A model generated the notes under the pieces. That model saw only the letters and a list, made by a program, of their open reading frames with translations. It was not told the origin of the DNA and did no database searches. 64,000 nucleotides of DNA. Source: Candidatus Poribacteria bacterium. Lineage in GTDB: Bacteria; Poribacteria; WGA-4E; WGA-3G. Positions 9,754 to 19,544 of this stretch are shown here, in pieces. The translations under genes and the position numbers were made by a program. The stretch covers positions 2,816,001 to 2,880,000 of the forward strand of contig CAXXLX010000001.1 in the NCBI GenBank assembly GCA_963665235.2, given 5' to 3'. Every line of letters begins with the position of its first letter. Position 1 is the stretch's first letter.

Positions 9754-11286
9754 TTATTCCGTTGTAGTTTCTGCCGTATCAGCCGATTCAGCCTCAGCTG
9801 TCGCTGTTTCACCGGTCAATGTGCTTAAAAAAGCGAGCAAATTCGCCATATCCGCTACCGATAAAATTATCGGAAAGTTCTCAGGCATCGGCGACTTGAC
9901 GAGCAACCTTTTGCCAGAAGCGAGTGTCAAAATAGCCTCTTGCAGATCAAAAACATCGAAAAGCTCTTCGCTGCCATCCACTATTATAACAATTTCATCA
10001 TCGTCCATCGTCCCAGACACGTGTTCCCCAACAATCTGTTCATCCTCATAGTCTGTAAGGGTCATCTGCTTTTTCACATCCGTTTTAGACAACGTTTGCG
10101 TTTCCTCACCGACTTTGAGCGTCACAGTGCCCTCTGTTTCCGAAACGAGTTCGCCACTTACGGGGGCATCCGCATCTAAAGGCGTTAGCGTCAATGTGAA
10201 ATACCCCTTAGCCTTGAGATTTGACAGCTCCTCTATCGGTTCCTCGTCAAAATCACTCAGCAACAGGGTGTATTCCTCCTCTGTACCATCAGCGGCTTTT
10301 GTACGGACGACAATCTTTTCCGTATCTTGCGAGACAAGCGTCCCTTCATAAGTTACGCCTTTCACTTTTACCTTAACTGTTCCGTAGCCGCTAACAATTT
10401 CGGCATCCGGTTTTAGGATAGATTCCTCAAGATAACGTAACTCGTTAAAGGCTGCAATTTCGGTTAGTTCGGGGGCAGTGACAATTTCAAAGTCTTCACT
10501 CACTTCTCCCGCCTTCGGGTCTTCTAGACCTTTTATCACGTGGCACGAAATACATGCAGCCGAGATAAAGACCTCTTTCCCAAGCTCAGGGTCGCCAGTA
10601 AGCAGCGGGGGAAGTGCTTCCGCTGTTGCTCCTACGTCTGTTCTATCAATCGGTTCAGTAAACGGCTCTGGGTCAATTTCACCACCTTGACTTTGTAGAA
10701 AAGCGATGACCGCTTGAATCTCCACCTTTGTGAGTGCAATCGGGTTTTTCCACACCTCCGGCATAATCTTACCGTACCCGGGGACTAAATACTTACTCGG
10801 TTCATACAGCGATTCAATTAGATATGTCTTTGCATCTACACCGGGCTGACGGGTTGCAGCGTTTATACCGATATCTGTCAAATCCGGACATCTACCTTTC
10901 GGAGCGGAGGTATCCAACGTGTGACAAGCAGCACACTGCCCCTTTCCGTTAAAAATTGCTGCACCTAGCTCGGCTACCGCATCCGGATCGCTCCAATCCA
11001 ACTCTGTTAAAGTCCCCACAGCTGTCGACGTTTCTGGAACAAGCCCCGCTACAAAGGCGTAAAACCAGATAACAGCAAGCGAGAACGTCAACAATTTCAT
11101 GACGTTGGACCACAAAACGATATTCACCACCACTGATACGATAAACCAGACCGACCACGGCAGTAATTGCTCCGAAGCAATTGGGAATGCAGGGGCCCCA
11201 GCAATATAGGCGATGAAACTCACCACCATAACGATGAGACTTGCAACTTTTATGAGCGTGTTTTTTGACATTTTGGTCTCTTCCAT
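9754..11286 (-). CDS. Membrane-bound diheme cytochrome c with acidic repeated beta-rich inserts
   Basis: CAACH and CISCH; YLxESxxxP motif twice; three small G-x-L-V-S beta units inserted before the distal SPMP. Confidence 0.8.
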   Translation of the reverse strand: MEETKMSKNTLIKVASLIVMVVSFIAYIAGAPAFPIASEQLLPWSVWFIVSVVVNIVLWSNVMKLLTFSLAVIWFYAFVAGLVPETSTAVGTLTELDWSDPDAVAELGAAIFNGKGQCAACHTLDTSAPKGRCPDLTDIGINAATRQPGVDAKTYLIESLYEPSKYLVPGYGKIMPEVWKNPIALTKVEIQAVIAFLQSQGGEIDPEPFTEPIDRTDVGATAEALPPLLTGDPELGKEVFISAACISCHVIKGLEDPKAGEVSEDFEIVTAPELTEIAAFNELRYLEESILKPDAEIVSGYGTVKVKVKGVTYEGTLVSQDTEKIVVRTKAADGTEEEYTLLLSDFDEEPIEELSNLKAKGYFTLTLTPLDADAPVSGELVSETEGTVTLKVGEETQTLSKTDVKKQMTLTDYEDEQIVGEHVSGTMDDDEIVIIVDGSEELFDVFDLQEAILTLASGKRLLVKSPMPENFPIILSVADMANLLAFLSTLTGETATAEAESADTAETTTE

Positions 11287-11361
11287 ATCTGTCCTTGCCG
11301 CCAGATGTTTTGCACGTTGCGTAGACTTGCATGTCCGCGAGTGTCTGTTCCTATCTGTCCG

Positions 11362-13281
11362 TTAATCGTCACCCTCTACAGCGGCCGCTTCTTCCACAAC
11401 CGCCGCTTTCTGCTTCCGCTTTTCACCCCACAAACCGAGCCAGAAGATAAACCCAACCAGAGCGAAGAAGATAACCATAATAATCGCTACCATGTTCACC
11501 GCCTCGCCGAGAAGGGGTGTAAAGGCATCAGGCGATGTATCCTTCATGACTCCGAAGATATGCCACGCTTCTCTAAGGCCCGAGCGTGCATACCCCATCA
11601 ATCCCATAAGCGATGTAAACGTAACCGCAATCAGGATTAAAACGTATTGTGAACGCTCCGTCATCTCACCCCACTTAATAGTGCCAGATGTCGTCGCTTT
11701 GCGGTACATAAAAATATCCACAACAGTCACAACCGCCATCACCGCAAGCGCAATTAAGACCTGATAGGGGGTCAGAATATTGACACGCAAATCTGTCGGA
11801 ACAGAAAATCCAACGATGCCAATAACCACAATCGAAATCACAGCGAGAAAAAGAACCGCGGAAATCGTAACGTTACCAACCTTTTTCCAACTCGCCGTAG
11901 GTGTCTTCCCTGAACGCCGATAAAATAGAAAACTCAAAAAAGTCGTCAGAATAATGATGTTAACAGCCGTATTTTTGGCGGTCATCAACCCAAAAAGACC
12001 GAGGTGTGGATGATTTGCACCGCCCATCGCACTCAGTTCGCTTGCAGTTGAAATCTTAGAGAGCGTCCGCGGCGTCATCCAAATAGCAACACAGATAATG
12101 ATAATCGTAATCATATACGGACGATACCGCGCATAAATCTCCGCACCTTGGATACGTCCCATGCCTGACCACAGATAATAGTTCGCACCAATAAACAGCA
12201 CACCAATCATCACAGCTTGAATGATAAACAGCCACGAAAACAGACTACCCATCATGTTGATGCCCATCGTATTATTGAACATGTAGATTTCTCTACCGAG
12301 CCAATAACCGAGAAAGGGCAGCGGAATAAGACCACACAGCGCGATAAAGTTACCAGTATACCCCATCCAATCGTAATGTGCTTTATCCTCTTTCGTCTTC
12401 GCAACGAGGAAACGGAACGCAGCATACGCGGCCACAATTGAACCACCGAACGCTATATTACCAACCAGCCGGTGGATATTTACAGGCATCCACGTGAAAT
12501 TGTTGACAGCATCCCAAACAGTTCCCATGAACTCGCCGGTCGTCTCGTTATGGAGTGGAACCATTGTATGACTCGTAACCCCCTCCATGGCCGTTTCAGG
12601 CGTTAGCGATGGGTCTGCCTCCAATTTCTCCGCTATCCAAGACTTACGCCGCCCTTCAGAGAGCACGCCGTATTGGGTTGCAGGACTGGTTTGGTAACTT
12701 AACCATGAATTAGAGACAAACATAATCGCTGTGCCGAACACGTTTAAAAGCACGCCGAGAAACAGGTGCCATCCTTTGTGCCTACCCTGCATCTTATCCC
12801 AACCGTAGGAGTAGAGATAGAGCGTAAACGTCTCCCCAAAGAACAGCAGCACATAGAAAAACATTGTCGGCCCGAAGATACCGCTCAACTTGCTCATCAC
12901 CTTCGGATAACACCATATAAGGATAAAAACGAGAACGCCGCCGAGCAAGGCTGTTGTCGAAAACGCCCCCATACAGAGTTTGATAAATTCTTGTGCCATC
13001 CGGTCATATCGCTCGTCCTTTGTTTTCCAACCGATAAATTCAATGATAACAGCGAACATCGGCACACCGAGGATAAAAGAGCCAAACAACAGGTGTAGTT
13101 GTGCAGCAATCCACGCCGCGCTTCGGCTACCAATCTTCGGAAACGGACGGTATTCAGCCTCAGTCAGGTCCTTCGTCTCCTGCGCGAACCCAGGAACAAC
13201 AACCAATAACGCCAAACCGAGCAGCATAAAACCGAGGATGAGGAAAAGTCTCTTTTTCGTTAGAGAAGGGCAACAACGCAT
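11362..13281 (-). CDS. Cytochrome bd-like oxidase subunit I (CydA superfamily, Nitrospira/anammox bd-like type); no cydB adjacent
   Basis: QLHLLF, ETFTLYLY.YGW, NSWLSYQTSP, NIHRLVGN, GYWLGRE, GLMGYARS motifs; about 13 TM. Confidence 0.82.
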   Translation of the reverse strand: MRCCPSLTKKRLFLILGFMLLGLALLVVVPGFAQETKDLTEAEYRPFPKIGSRSAAWIAAQLHLLFGSFILGVPMFAVIIEFIGWKTKDERYDRMAQEFIKLCMGAFSTTALLGGVLVFILIWCYPKVMSKLSGIFGPTMFFYVLLFFGETFTLYLYSYGWDKMQGRHKGWHLFLGVLLNVFGTAIMFVSNSWLSYQTSPATQYGVLSEGRRKSWIAEKLEADPSLTPETAMEGVTSHTMVPLHNETTGEFMGTVWDAVNNFTWMPVNIHRLVGNIAFGGSIVAAYAAFRFLVAKTKEDKAHYDWMGYTGNFIALCGLIPLPFLGYWLGREIYMFNNTMGINMMGSLFSWLFIIQAVMIGVLFIGANYYLWSGMGRIQGAEIYARYRPYMITIIIICVAIWMTPRTLSKISTASELSAMGGANHPHLGLFGLMTAKNTAVNIIILTTFLSFLFYRRSGKTPTASWKKVGNVTISAVLFLAVISIVVIGIVGFSVPTDLRVNILTPYQVLIALAVMAVVTVVDIFMYRKATTSGTIKWGEMTERSQYVLILIAVTFTSLMGLMGYARSGLREAWHIFGVMKDTSPDAFTPLLGEAVNMVAIIMVIFFALVGFIFWLGLWGEKRKQKAAVVEEAAAVEGDD

Positions 13282-13359
13282 TCTTTCGTTTCTCTCAAAA
13301 TGTTAGTAGTAGGGCAATTCATTGCCCGTTCCGTTTCACTAGCCTTAAAACACAGGCAC

Positions 13360-14124
13360 CTATTTTTTCGGCTTAGGTTTCTTAAAGTCCGTGCTTTTGA
13401 AGCTGACAGCAACGTCACCACTTTCAGGCACGTCAACGGTTTTATTCGCCGAGCCGAGTTCTTCATGCCATGCAATCACGCGTGCCTTACCAGCAGGCAC
13501 ATCTTTCAACGTATATTTGCCAGTGTCCGCAGACTTTTCGTATGCATCCGGACTAATCCACTTACCTTTATCATCTTTCTGCCCGGTTACCGTAAAATAG
13601 TTGCTATTCACAGCGACAATGTAACCGCTCATCCAGGAATGGATATCGCATGTCAACTTAATCGGTTCCGCTTTCGTAATTTTGTACGGGATAATTATCC
13701 CCGGTTCCGGGACCTGAAAGTTTGGCGCGTCGTTCTTCGTAGCGTGAGAGTGGACATTGTGTGCAACCGGGTCACTGGAGGTCACATCAACGGTAACGCC
13801 TACAGGCACTGCAAGGACATGCGGAAGATACCGGCAGCCTTTTTGGTCCATCACAAACTTTTTCTTTGGCACTGTGACTTTAGCCCCGCGAACGCGAACA
13901 GAAATCACAACGTTCTGGATACCTTTGCCTTTTGAAACAACAAGCACTTCAGATTTCTTCCCCTTTACTGCGTCGACACAGTGTTGGTCCTTAGTAGCCT
14001 TTAGCATTGCCCGTGCTGGTGCATCACCTTCATACAGGACGGTGCCAGTGATATTCCCAGCAAGTGCTACACTCGCCACTGTTCCAAAAACAAATAAAAT
14101 CGTTAGGATTTTTAAGGTTTTCAT
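13360..14124 (-). CDS. Secreted carboxypeptidase-regulatory-like/cupredoxin-like protein (paralog 2)
   Basis: Signal peptide; DQKGCRYLPH, HNVH...CDIHSWM. Confidence 0.7.
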   Translation of the reverse strand: MKTLKILTILFVFGTVASVALAGNITGTVLYEGDAPARAMLKATKDQHCVDAVKGKKSEVLVVSKGKGIQNVVISVRVRGAKVTVPKKKFVMDQKGCRYLPHVLAVPVGVTVDVTSSDPVAHNVHSHATKNDAPNFQVPEPGIIIPYKITKAEPIKLTCDIHSWMSGYIVAVNSNYFTVTGQKDDKGKWISPDAYEKSADTGKYTLKDVPAGKARVIAWHEELGSANKTVDVPESGDVAVSFKSTDFKKPKPKK

Positions 14125-14157
14125 AATTTTTTTCTCCTTAATATAGTTTTCTCTTAT

Positions 14158-14187
14158 ATGTTAACACCCTAGGAATTGGGAATGCAA
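14158..14187 (-). promoter_or_regulatory. Candidate internal sigma70 promoter
   Basis: Minus strand TTGCAT-18-TAACAT with TG extension, upstream of the AAGGAG RBS of 14124. Confidence 0.4.
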
Positions 14188-14204
14188 CCGTGAAAAAACA
14201 AACG

Positions 14205-14220
14205 TCACGGATATCCGTGT
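14205..14220. promoter_or_regulatory. Palindromic operator, copy 1 (TCACGGATATCCGTGT)
   Basis: 14-bp perfect palindrome; 15/16 identical to the copy at 20145. Confidence 0.6.
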
Positions 14221-14223
14221 CCA

Positions 14224-14589
14224 TTACGGGCGGAACATCTCCTTAATATAGGCAAGAAGCTCCCGTTGTTCTGCTTCATTGAGGTAGTAGTAAAATGCAG
14301 GCATATCGTTTTTACCGGTGTTGATGCTCTCAAGCAGCTCTTCATCGTTGTGCACTTCCCACAAAGTGGTATCCGTTAAATCGGCAGGGTCTAATTTTTT
14401 GAAGCGACCAATCCGTCCGTTGCCCATTCCATCGTTACCGTGGCATCCAGCACAATATCTTGCATATTTATACTCCACCTCTGACTGATACTTCGTGCTC
14501 GGGTCAACCTGCTTCCCTAACCATATTAATCCGTTCAGCCACACAGCAATCATGATGATTACGATGACAAGGTGTTTCATAATACCCAC
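14224..14589 (-). CDS. Class I monoheme cytochrome c, membrane-anchored
   Basis: CAGCH, DMPAF. Confidence 0.88.
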   Translation of the reverse strand: MGIMKHLVIVIIMIAVWLNGLIWLGKQVDPSTKYQSEVEYKYARYCAGCHGNDGMGNGRIGRFKKLDPADLTDTTLWEVHNDEELLESINTGKNDMPAFYYYLNEAEQRELLAYIKEMFRP

Positions 14590-14635
14590 TCCTCAGCCAG
14601 CGTAAAAATGGGCAAATCGCACTTCTGGGCAGACA

Positions 14636-17600
14636 CTATTGCCCAAGTGAAATTAGGTAATCCCGAACCAATTGTATCTGTCTTTCAGCGTCATTATCAG
14701 CATAACCTTCAACAGCCATGTGTTTTCCATCTATGAGCGGCCATGCCTGTGGCATCGCAGTACCACGTTGGAACGACTGCGGGTCTTTCATCCAATCAAT
14801 TAACCAATCCACCTTAAGCCGGTCCTTCGCCAAAGAGAGGTCTGGCCTGCCCGCTTTATCACTACCATCTGGAATGACTTCACCTTTTGCAGGGTGACAC
14901 GAGATACACTGTAGTTTGTCAAAAATTTGTTTACCCACTATCAAATCTGCTCGCGTTGGGGTTGGCGATTCAAGCGTTTCGTAAGGGAACGGTTCATCAT
15001 CCAGAGCAGAGAAATATTTAACAAGCGTGGTCGCTTCATCATCCGATAGCCCGAAAGTCGGCATCCGCACCTTCAGTCCATAGCGGATATCGGAGGGATT
15101 CTTAAGGAACGCAAACAGCCACTCCGGATAGACTCGTGCCCCTTCAGCTTGCAAAGGCGGCGGCGAGAACTGCTTCGCAGTCGTCTGATCGAGTCCTTCA
15201 TGGGCTATAATGACATCCCGATAATCGCCACCTTCACCTTCAATCTCGTGGCATCCGGTACAGTTATATTTTTTTACCAAACGTCTACCCGCATCAATCT
15301 GGTTCTGTTTCTCCACCTGCATCGGTTGCGCTGCATGCTTATAGATATAGTTGAGCGGATACTTCTCCGGTTGGAAACTCTTTAGGAGCACAGCCAGAGC
15401 TCTTGCCTCCGCGTCGTTAACCTGAAAAACAGGCATGCGCGACATAATCCGCCGGGTTTGATACCGGCGCGGGTTAGTAATCTTCCCAATTGTCCAACCG
15501 TGCCAACTGTGCTCAACATCCGCCGCCACCGTGTCCCCGAAATCAAACTCTTCGGTCATTTTTGCCCCAAATTCTCCGAGGTCCGCCCCGACTTTGGATT
15601 CATTCTCAAAACCCGGAATTTCGTGACATCCGAAACACCCGTAAGTCCTGACGAGCTTCTCACCCTCTGCTACGTCCACCTCTCCGACTGACTCCGTAAC
15701 AACGTTAAGTGTTTCCTTTTGCAGGCTCATCAGATACGCAACGACGTTGTCAACCTCACGCGTGCTCAACCGCAAGCTCGGCATAGCTGTATCAGGGTCA
15801 TAAGCTTTCGGGTCGATAATCCATTGGCGCAGATAGTTCGGTGTAACCTTTGTACCGACGCTGTCAAGTGCCGGCCCGAAATCACTGCCCAGGTCACCCA
15901 CGGTGTGGCACGTTAGACAGCCCACCGTTTTCACTGTCTCTTCACCCGCTCTAATTGCCCTTTCAGATGTAGAATATGTTCCTGAGGCTTCGTCCAACGT
16001 TGTATCTGTCCGCTCAGCAAGATAGGCAGCGATAGATTTGACCTCATCAACGACCCGCGCCACAGCATCCTCCGCGTACGGATACGTCGTCCCATCGTCC
16101 GCTCTAACGACATAGCCGGTCTCAGTTTTCGTAACTGCACCGGTCCGCTGTCCACCATTTTTGAGATAAACAATTTGGCTCATGCCATCAGCAGGGAAGA
16201 AATTCGGCATTGTCGTCTCAGGCAGATACGCCTCCGGTTTCTTAATCCAACTCTCAAGCCATGCCGTATCTTTTACCTTACTTCCAACTTTTTCGAGTGA
16301 TGGACCAACTTTACCAATCGTGTCAATCGCGCTGTAACCCTCAACCGCGTGACATCCATGGCAACCGAGGTCTTCAAACAGAGCGAGGCCCTCGGTAAGA
16401 TTCGGAGCGTAGTCCTCCGGGGCATTTGTGTCAGGGTTCACACCGTAATCTAACTTCATCACACCATCGTGGCAGCGGCGACAATTAGACTCCATGTACC
16501 CCTTCGTCTCTTCAGATGCACTGCCGGTGTGTTCATCTAATCCTAAAACAGGCGTGAGCCAATATTCTGCGTGCGTTAAAGCATGCGCAGCTTTCTCTGT
16601 CAATGCCTGTCCTTGCCCACCATGGCACGGAGTACATCCGAATCTATCAACCGGGTGTTTTGCAAGGAGCACATCCCGATGCGAATGCGTTCGAAGCACT
16701 GAGGCGTAGTCAGTTTCATAAGCAATTTCAACTACCCCGAAAACATCCGGATCTGTGAACGTGAGCGTACCATCCCCCGCCAATGTGTATTCTTCCGTCT
16801 CCGCCTCAAAATCGTCAATTAAAATTGACTCGCTGCCCACTTTAACCCTCGGATGCTTGAGTTGAACGACAACAAGGTTGTCACCATCACCCTCTATCTC
16901 AAACGTCTCCTGCGCAGCATGGTCGTACCCACTTTTGTCTATCGCGAAATGGCATGTCGTACACCTATCCGCCGTATAGGCGAAATCTTCAAGATAGTAT
17001 TGAACAATACTACGGGTTTTCCGAAATGGGTTTTCTAACAGACTCCCGAGGAAATTCCGCTTGATACCGCCCACATCATGCAGCTTTTCTTGCAGCCGCG
17101 TGACTGCCTCATGACGCGCTTTGTTTGCCTGAACCGTTGCCAATTCCGCTTGTGCCGCGCTAATACCACTCTGGATATCTGCATCGGCGGGTTTATATTT
17201 CTGGGCAACTAGATAAATACTCAGTGCTTCCTCTGGGTTACCGTTTTCTTGATGGAACGCTGCTAACGCCTTATTTGCCTCTGCAAAGGTAGCTTGTGCT
17301 TCTATAATAGCAGCTGTCAGCTCACCTTCAATCTGGGATTCCAGAGCATCCAATTCCTTCTTCCATTTTTTGACTTTTGCATCCTGCTCACCCGAGCCCT
17401 GTTCCTTGGCTTCATGGAGACTATGCTGGTATTTATAGTTAATCGCATCTGATTCGCTCTGCCGGAACTTCCGTTCTTGGAGGGCCTCATCAAGCGTAAC
17501 TTGCTTGTTTCTTACCTCCTTCTCTAATTCCCGAAGTTCTTTGGTATCAACCTCTCGCGCCTCCGGGATATCGGGCAGGTCTTGCATGGCAATTTCCAAT

Positions 17601-17782
17601 TCTGCCTTCGTCTTTTCATATTCATATTGATAAAACTGTTGTTGAATCTCTTTCCAAGGTCGACGCGTAATCATTTCGCTCCAAAACCCCCATACGGTTA
17701 CCAACCCCAGCAATCCGGAGAGAATAAAGAACAGCGCGGAATACGATTTACTTTCAGCGGGAATTTCTTTTTTGCTCCTCAC
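14636..17782 (-). CDS. Membrane-anchored octaheme cytochrome c associated with the Rieske/cytb complex
   Basis: Eight CxxCH motifs (CTTCH, CTPCH, CRRCH, CHGCH, CLTCH, CFGCH, CTGCH, CISCH); N-terminal TM, coiled coil, TPR-like segment. Confidence 0.88.
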   Translation of the reverse strand: MRSKKEIPAESKSYSALFFILSGLLGLVTVWGFWSEMITRRPWKEIQQQFYQYEYEKTKAELEIAMQDLPDIPEAREVDTKELRELEKEVRNKQVTLDEALQERKFRQSESDAINYKYQHSLHEAKEQGSGEQDAKVKKWKKELDALESQIEGELTAAIIEAQATFAEANKALAAFHQENGNPEEALSIYLVAQKYKPADADIQSGISAAQAELATVQANKARHEAVTRLQEKLHDVGGIKRNFLGSLLENPFRKTRSIVQYYLEDFAYTADRCTTCHFAIDKSGYDHAAQETFEIEGDGDNLVVVQLKHPRVKVGSESILIDDFEAETEEYTLAGDGTLTFTDPDVFGVVEIAYETDYASVLRTHSHRDVLLAKHPVDRFGCTPCHGGQGQALTEKAAHALTHAEYWLTPVLGLDEHTGSASEETKGYMESNCRRCHDGVMKLDYGVNPDTNAPEDYAPNLTEGLALFEDLGCHGCHAVEGYSAIDTIGKVGPSLEKVGSKVKDTAWLESWIKKPEAYLPETTMPNFFPADGMSQIVYLKNGGQRTGAVTKTETGYVVRADDGTTYPYAEDAVARVVDEVKSIAAYLAERTDTTLDEASGTYSTSERAIRAGEETVKTVGCLTCHTVGDLGSDFGPALDSVGTKVTPNYLRQWIIDPKAYDPDTAMPSLRLSTREVDNVVAYLMSLQKETLNVVTESVGEVDVAEGEKLVRTYGCFGCHEIPGFENESKVGADLGEFGAKMTEEFDFGDTVAADVEHSWHGWTIGKITNPRRYQTRRIMSRMPVFQVNDAEARALAVLLKSFQPEKYPLNYIYKHAAQPMQVEKQNQIDAGRRLVKKYNCTGCHEIEGEGGDYRDVIIAHEGLDQTTAKQFSPPPLQAEGARVYPEWLFAFLKNPSDIRYGLKVRMPTFGLSDDEATTLVKYFSALDDEPFPYETLESPTPTRADLIVGKQIFDKLQCISCHPAKGEVIPDGSDKAGRPDLSLAKDRLKVDWLIDWMKDPQSFQRGTAMPQAWPLIDGKHMAVEGYADNDAERQIQLVRDYLISLGQ

Positions 17783-17823
17783 GAAACCTTAACCTCCAAG
17801 TCAAAAAATAGACATTACTACTG

Positions 17824-18690
17824 TTAAATGTTGAACCACGGTGATACCCAAATATATTTCACATTAAAGCCTAAGCGGAGAATCATTTTGATAGGTAGGG
17901 CAAGCATCGTCAAAAACAGAAAAGAGACGATGACATATCGGATAAGTCCAAGTTCCTGTAAAAAACGGCTACTTTGCCTGCGCCATACATAGAGAACCGG
18001 CCCAAGAGCATAATACGCGGCTACCACGAAAAATCCGAAAAAGTTCGCCGTCGACGCATCTCTAATTCCAAACAGATAAGACAGGTCCACATTCGTTAGC
18101 GGCACAACAAGGTGCGGATCCCATTTCTGCCACGGCCAAAACAGATTCCACCCAGGGCCCCTAAGAAACGTGCCAACCACCATCAACACAATCCACAGAA
18201 TCAGAAAACCGAAACAGAACACAGCCAGTGCAAACGGACGCTCTTTTATCGTGTAATACCCCTTGCCTTTTTGGTTAATGTCTATATACGGAATAGCAAT
18301 AAGACCAGCGATAATCAACCCAGGAAGCACTACACCAGCAATCCACGGATCGAAATAAACCAGCATCTCCTGCAACGCAAGAAAATACCATGGAGCTTTC
18401 GATGGATTCGGTGTCTTCGCCGGATTGCTCGGCTCTTCAAGCGGGGCATCAATCATTATTGACCAAACCCCAAGCACCAGCATCACGATAATCGCACAGA
18501 TAAATTCGTTCCGACACAAATACGGCCAGACATAAACCTTATCGTTCAGCGCAGCATCCGACGGCACCCCTGCAAGGTCCGTCTGACGTGCCTGCCGATA
18601 CGCAAGCCACATAAAATAAGGTATCAAAAAGAGAATAGCGACAATCGGAACATTATCAGGTTTCGATACTAGAGCTAAAAAATTCTCCAT
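17824..18690 (-). CDS. petD: Cytochrome b C-terminal part / b6f subunit IV-like
   Basis: VWPY, APLEEPSNP..TPNPSKAPWYF (Qo motif variant), IPYID. Confidence 0.85.
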   Translation of the reverse strand: MENFLALVSKPDNVPIVAILFLIPYFMWLAYRQARQTDLAGVPSDAALNDKVYVWPYLCRNEFICAIIVMLVLGVWSIMIDAPLEEPSNPAKTPNPSKAPWYFLALQEMLVYFDPWIAGVVLPGLIIAGLIAIPYIDINQKGKGYYTIKERPFALAVFCFGFLILWIVLMVVGTFLRGPGWNLFWPWQKWDPHLVVPLTNVDLSYLFGIRDASTANFFGFFVVAAYYALGPVLYVWRRQSSRFLQELGLIRYVIVSFLFLTMLALPIKMILRLGFNVKYIWVSPWFNI

Positions 18691-18760
18691 ATCTTAATCT
18701 CATCTCCTTCCTAATTCCCTGAAGAGCATAGTTGCACAACGCATTCCAAGACAGGGTGTA

Positions 18761-19531
18761 TTAGAGCGGGCCAGAAATCCCACCATCCTTACGCACACGC
18801 CAAAAATGCAGCGCCATCAGCAGACTCGCCAACAGCGGCACAGCGATACAGTGCAAGATATAGAAGCGTAACAACGTGGACTCTCCGACCATTGTACCCC
18901 CTAACAGCGCAAACCGCACATCGTTTGCCTGCGTAATATCTTGTGGCGCAAACGGGCCCTCATGTCCTAAAACTGGGGTAGCACGTGCCATATTCGTTCC
19001 AACCGTAACCGCCCACAGTGCAAGCTGGTCCCAGGGCAACAGATACCCTGTAAAACTCAGGAAAAATGTCACAAGCAGCAGGATAACACCGACCGCCCAA
19101 TTAAACTCCCGCGGTTTTTTGTAGGAACCTGTCAAAAAAACCCGGAACATGTGAAGCATCACCGAAATAACCATACCGTGCGCTGCCCACCGGTGCATAT
19201 TCCGCAACAGCATCCCAAATGGAATGTCAAACTCAAGATATTGCACATCATGGAAAGCATACTCCGCCGTCGGACGGTAATAGAACATCAGCAGCACACC
19301 CGTCACAGCTGTCACCAAAAACATCAGGAAGGTAATGCCCCCCATACACCAAGTGAACCGGAAGTTCAGCGCATGCCGAGAAACCCGAGGCGGATGCAGA
19401 TGCAACCACACATTCTGTAGAATTTGTAAGGTATACCGGCGCCCTGTATCTTCGTAACCGTGCCGAAAAATAGAACGCCAAATATCGGAATTGGTAATCT
19501 TCTCTTTAAGCCCTTTACGTTCTTCGTTCAT
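18761..19531 (-). CDS. petB: Cytochrome b6-like subunit (split cytochrome b, heme ci Cys)
   Basis: WCMGG, RNMHRWAAH, MLHMFRVF, FTGYLLPWDQ, YILHC..LH. Confidence 0.93.
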   Translation of the reverse strand: MNEERKGLKEKITNSDIWRSIFRHGYEDTGRRYTLQILQNVWLHLHPPRVSRHALNFRFTWCMGGITFLMFLVTAVTGVLLMFYYRPTAEYAFHDVQYLEFDIPFGMLLRNMHRWAAHGMVISVMLHMFRVFLTGSYKKPREFNWAVGVILLLVTFFLSFTGYLLPWDQLALWAVTVGTNMARATPVLGHEGPFAPQDITQANDVRFALLGGTMVGESTLLRFYILHCIAVPLLASLLMALHFWRVRKDGGISGPL

Positions 19532-19544
19532 TTATATCCCTTCT

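Noticed and set aside
7253-13281. Evidence that the organism oxidises nitrite or performs anammox
   Set aside because: No nxrA/nxrB, hzs or hao in the window; only the accessory electron-transfer module is present
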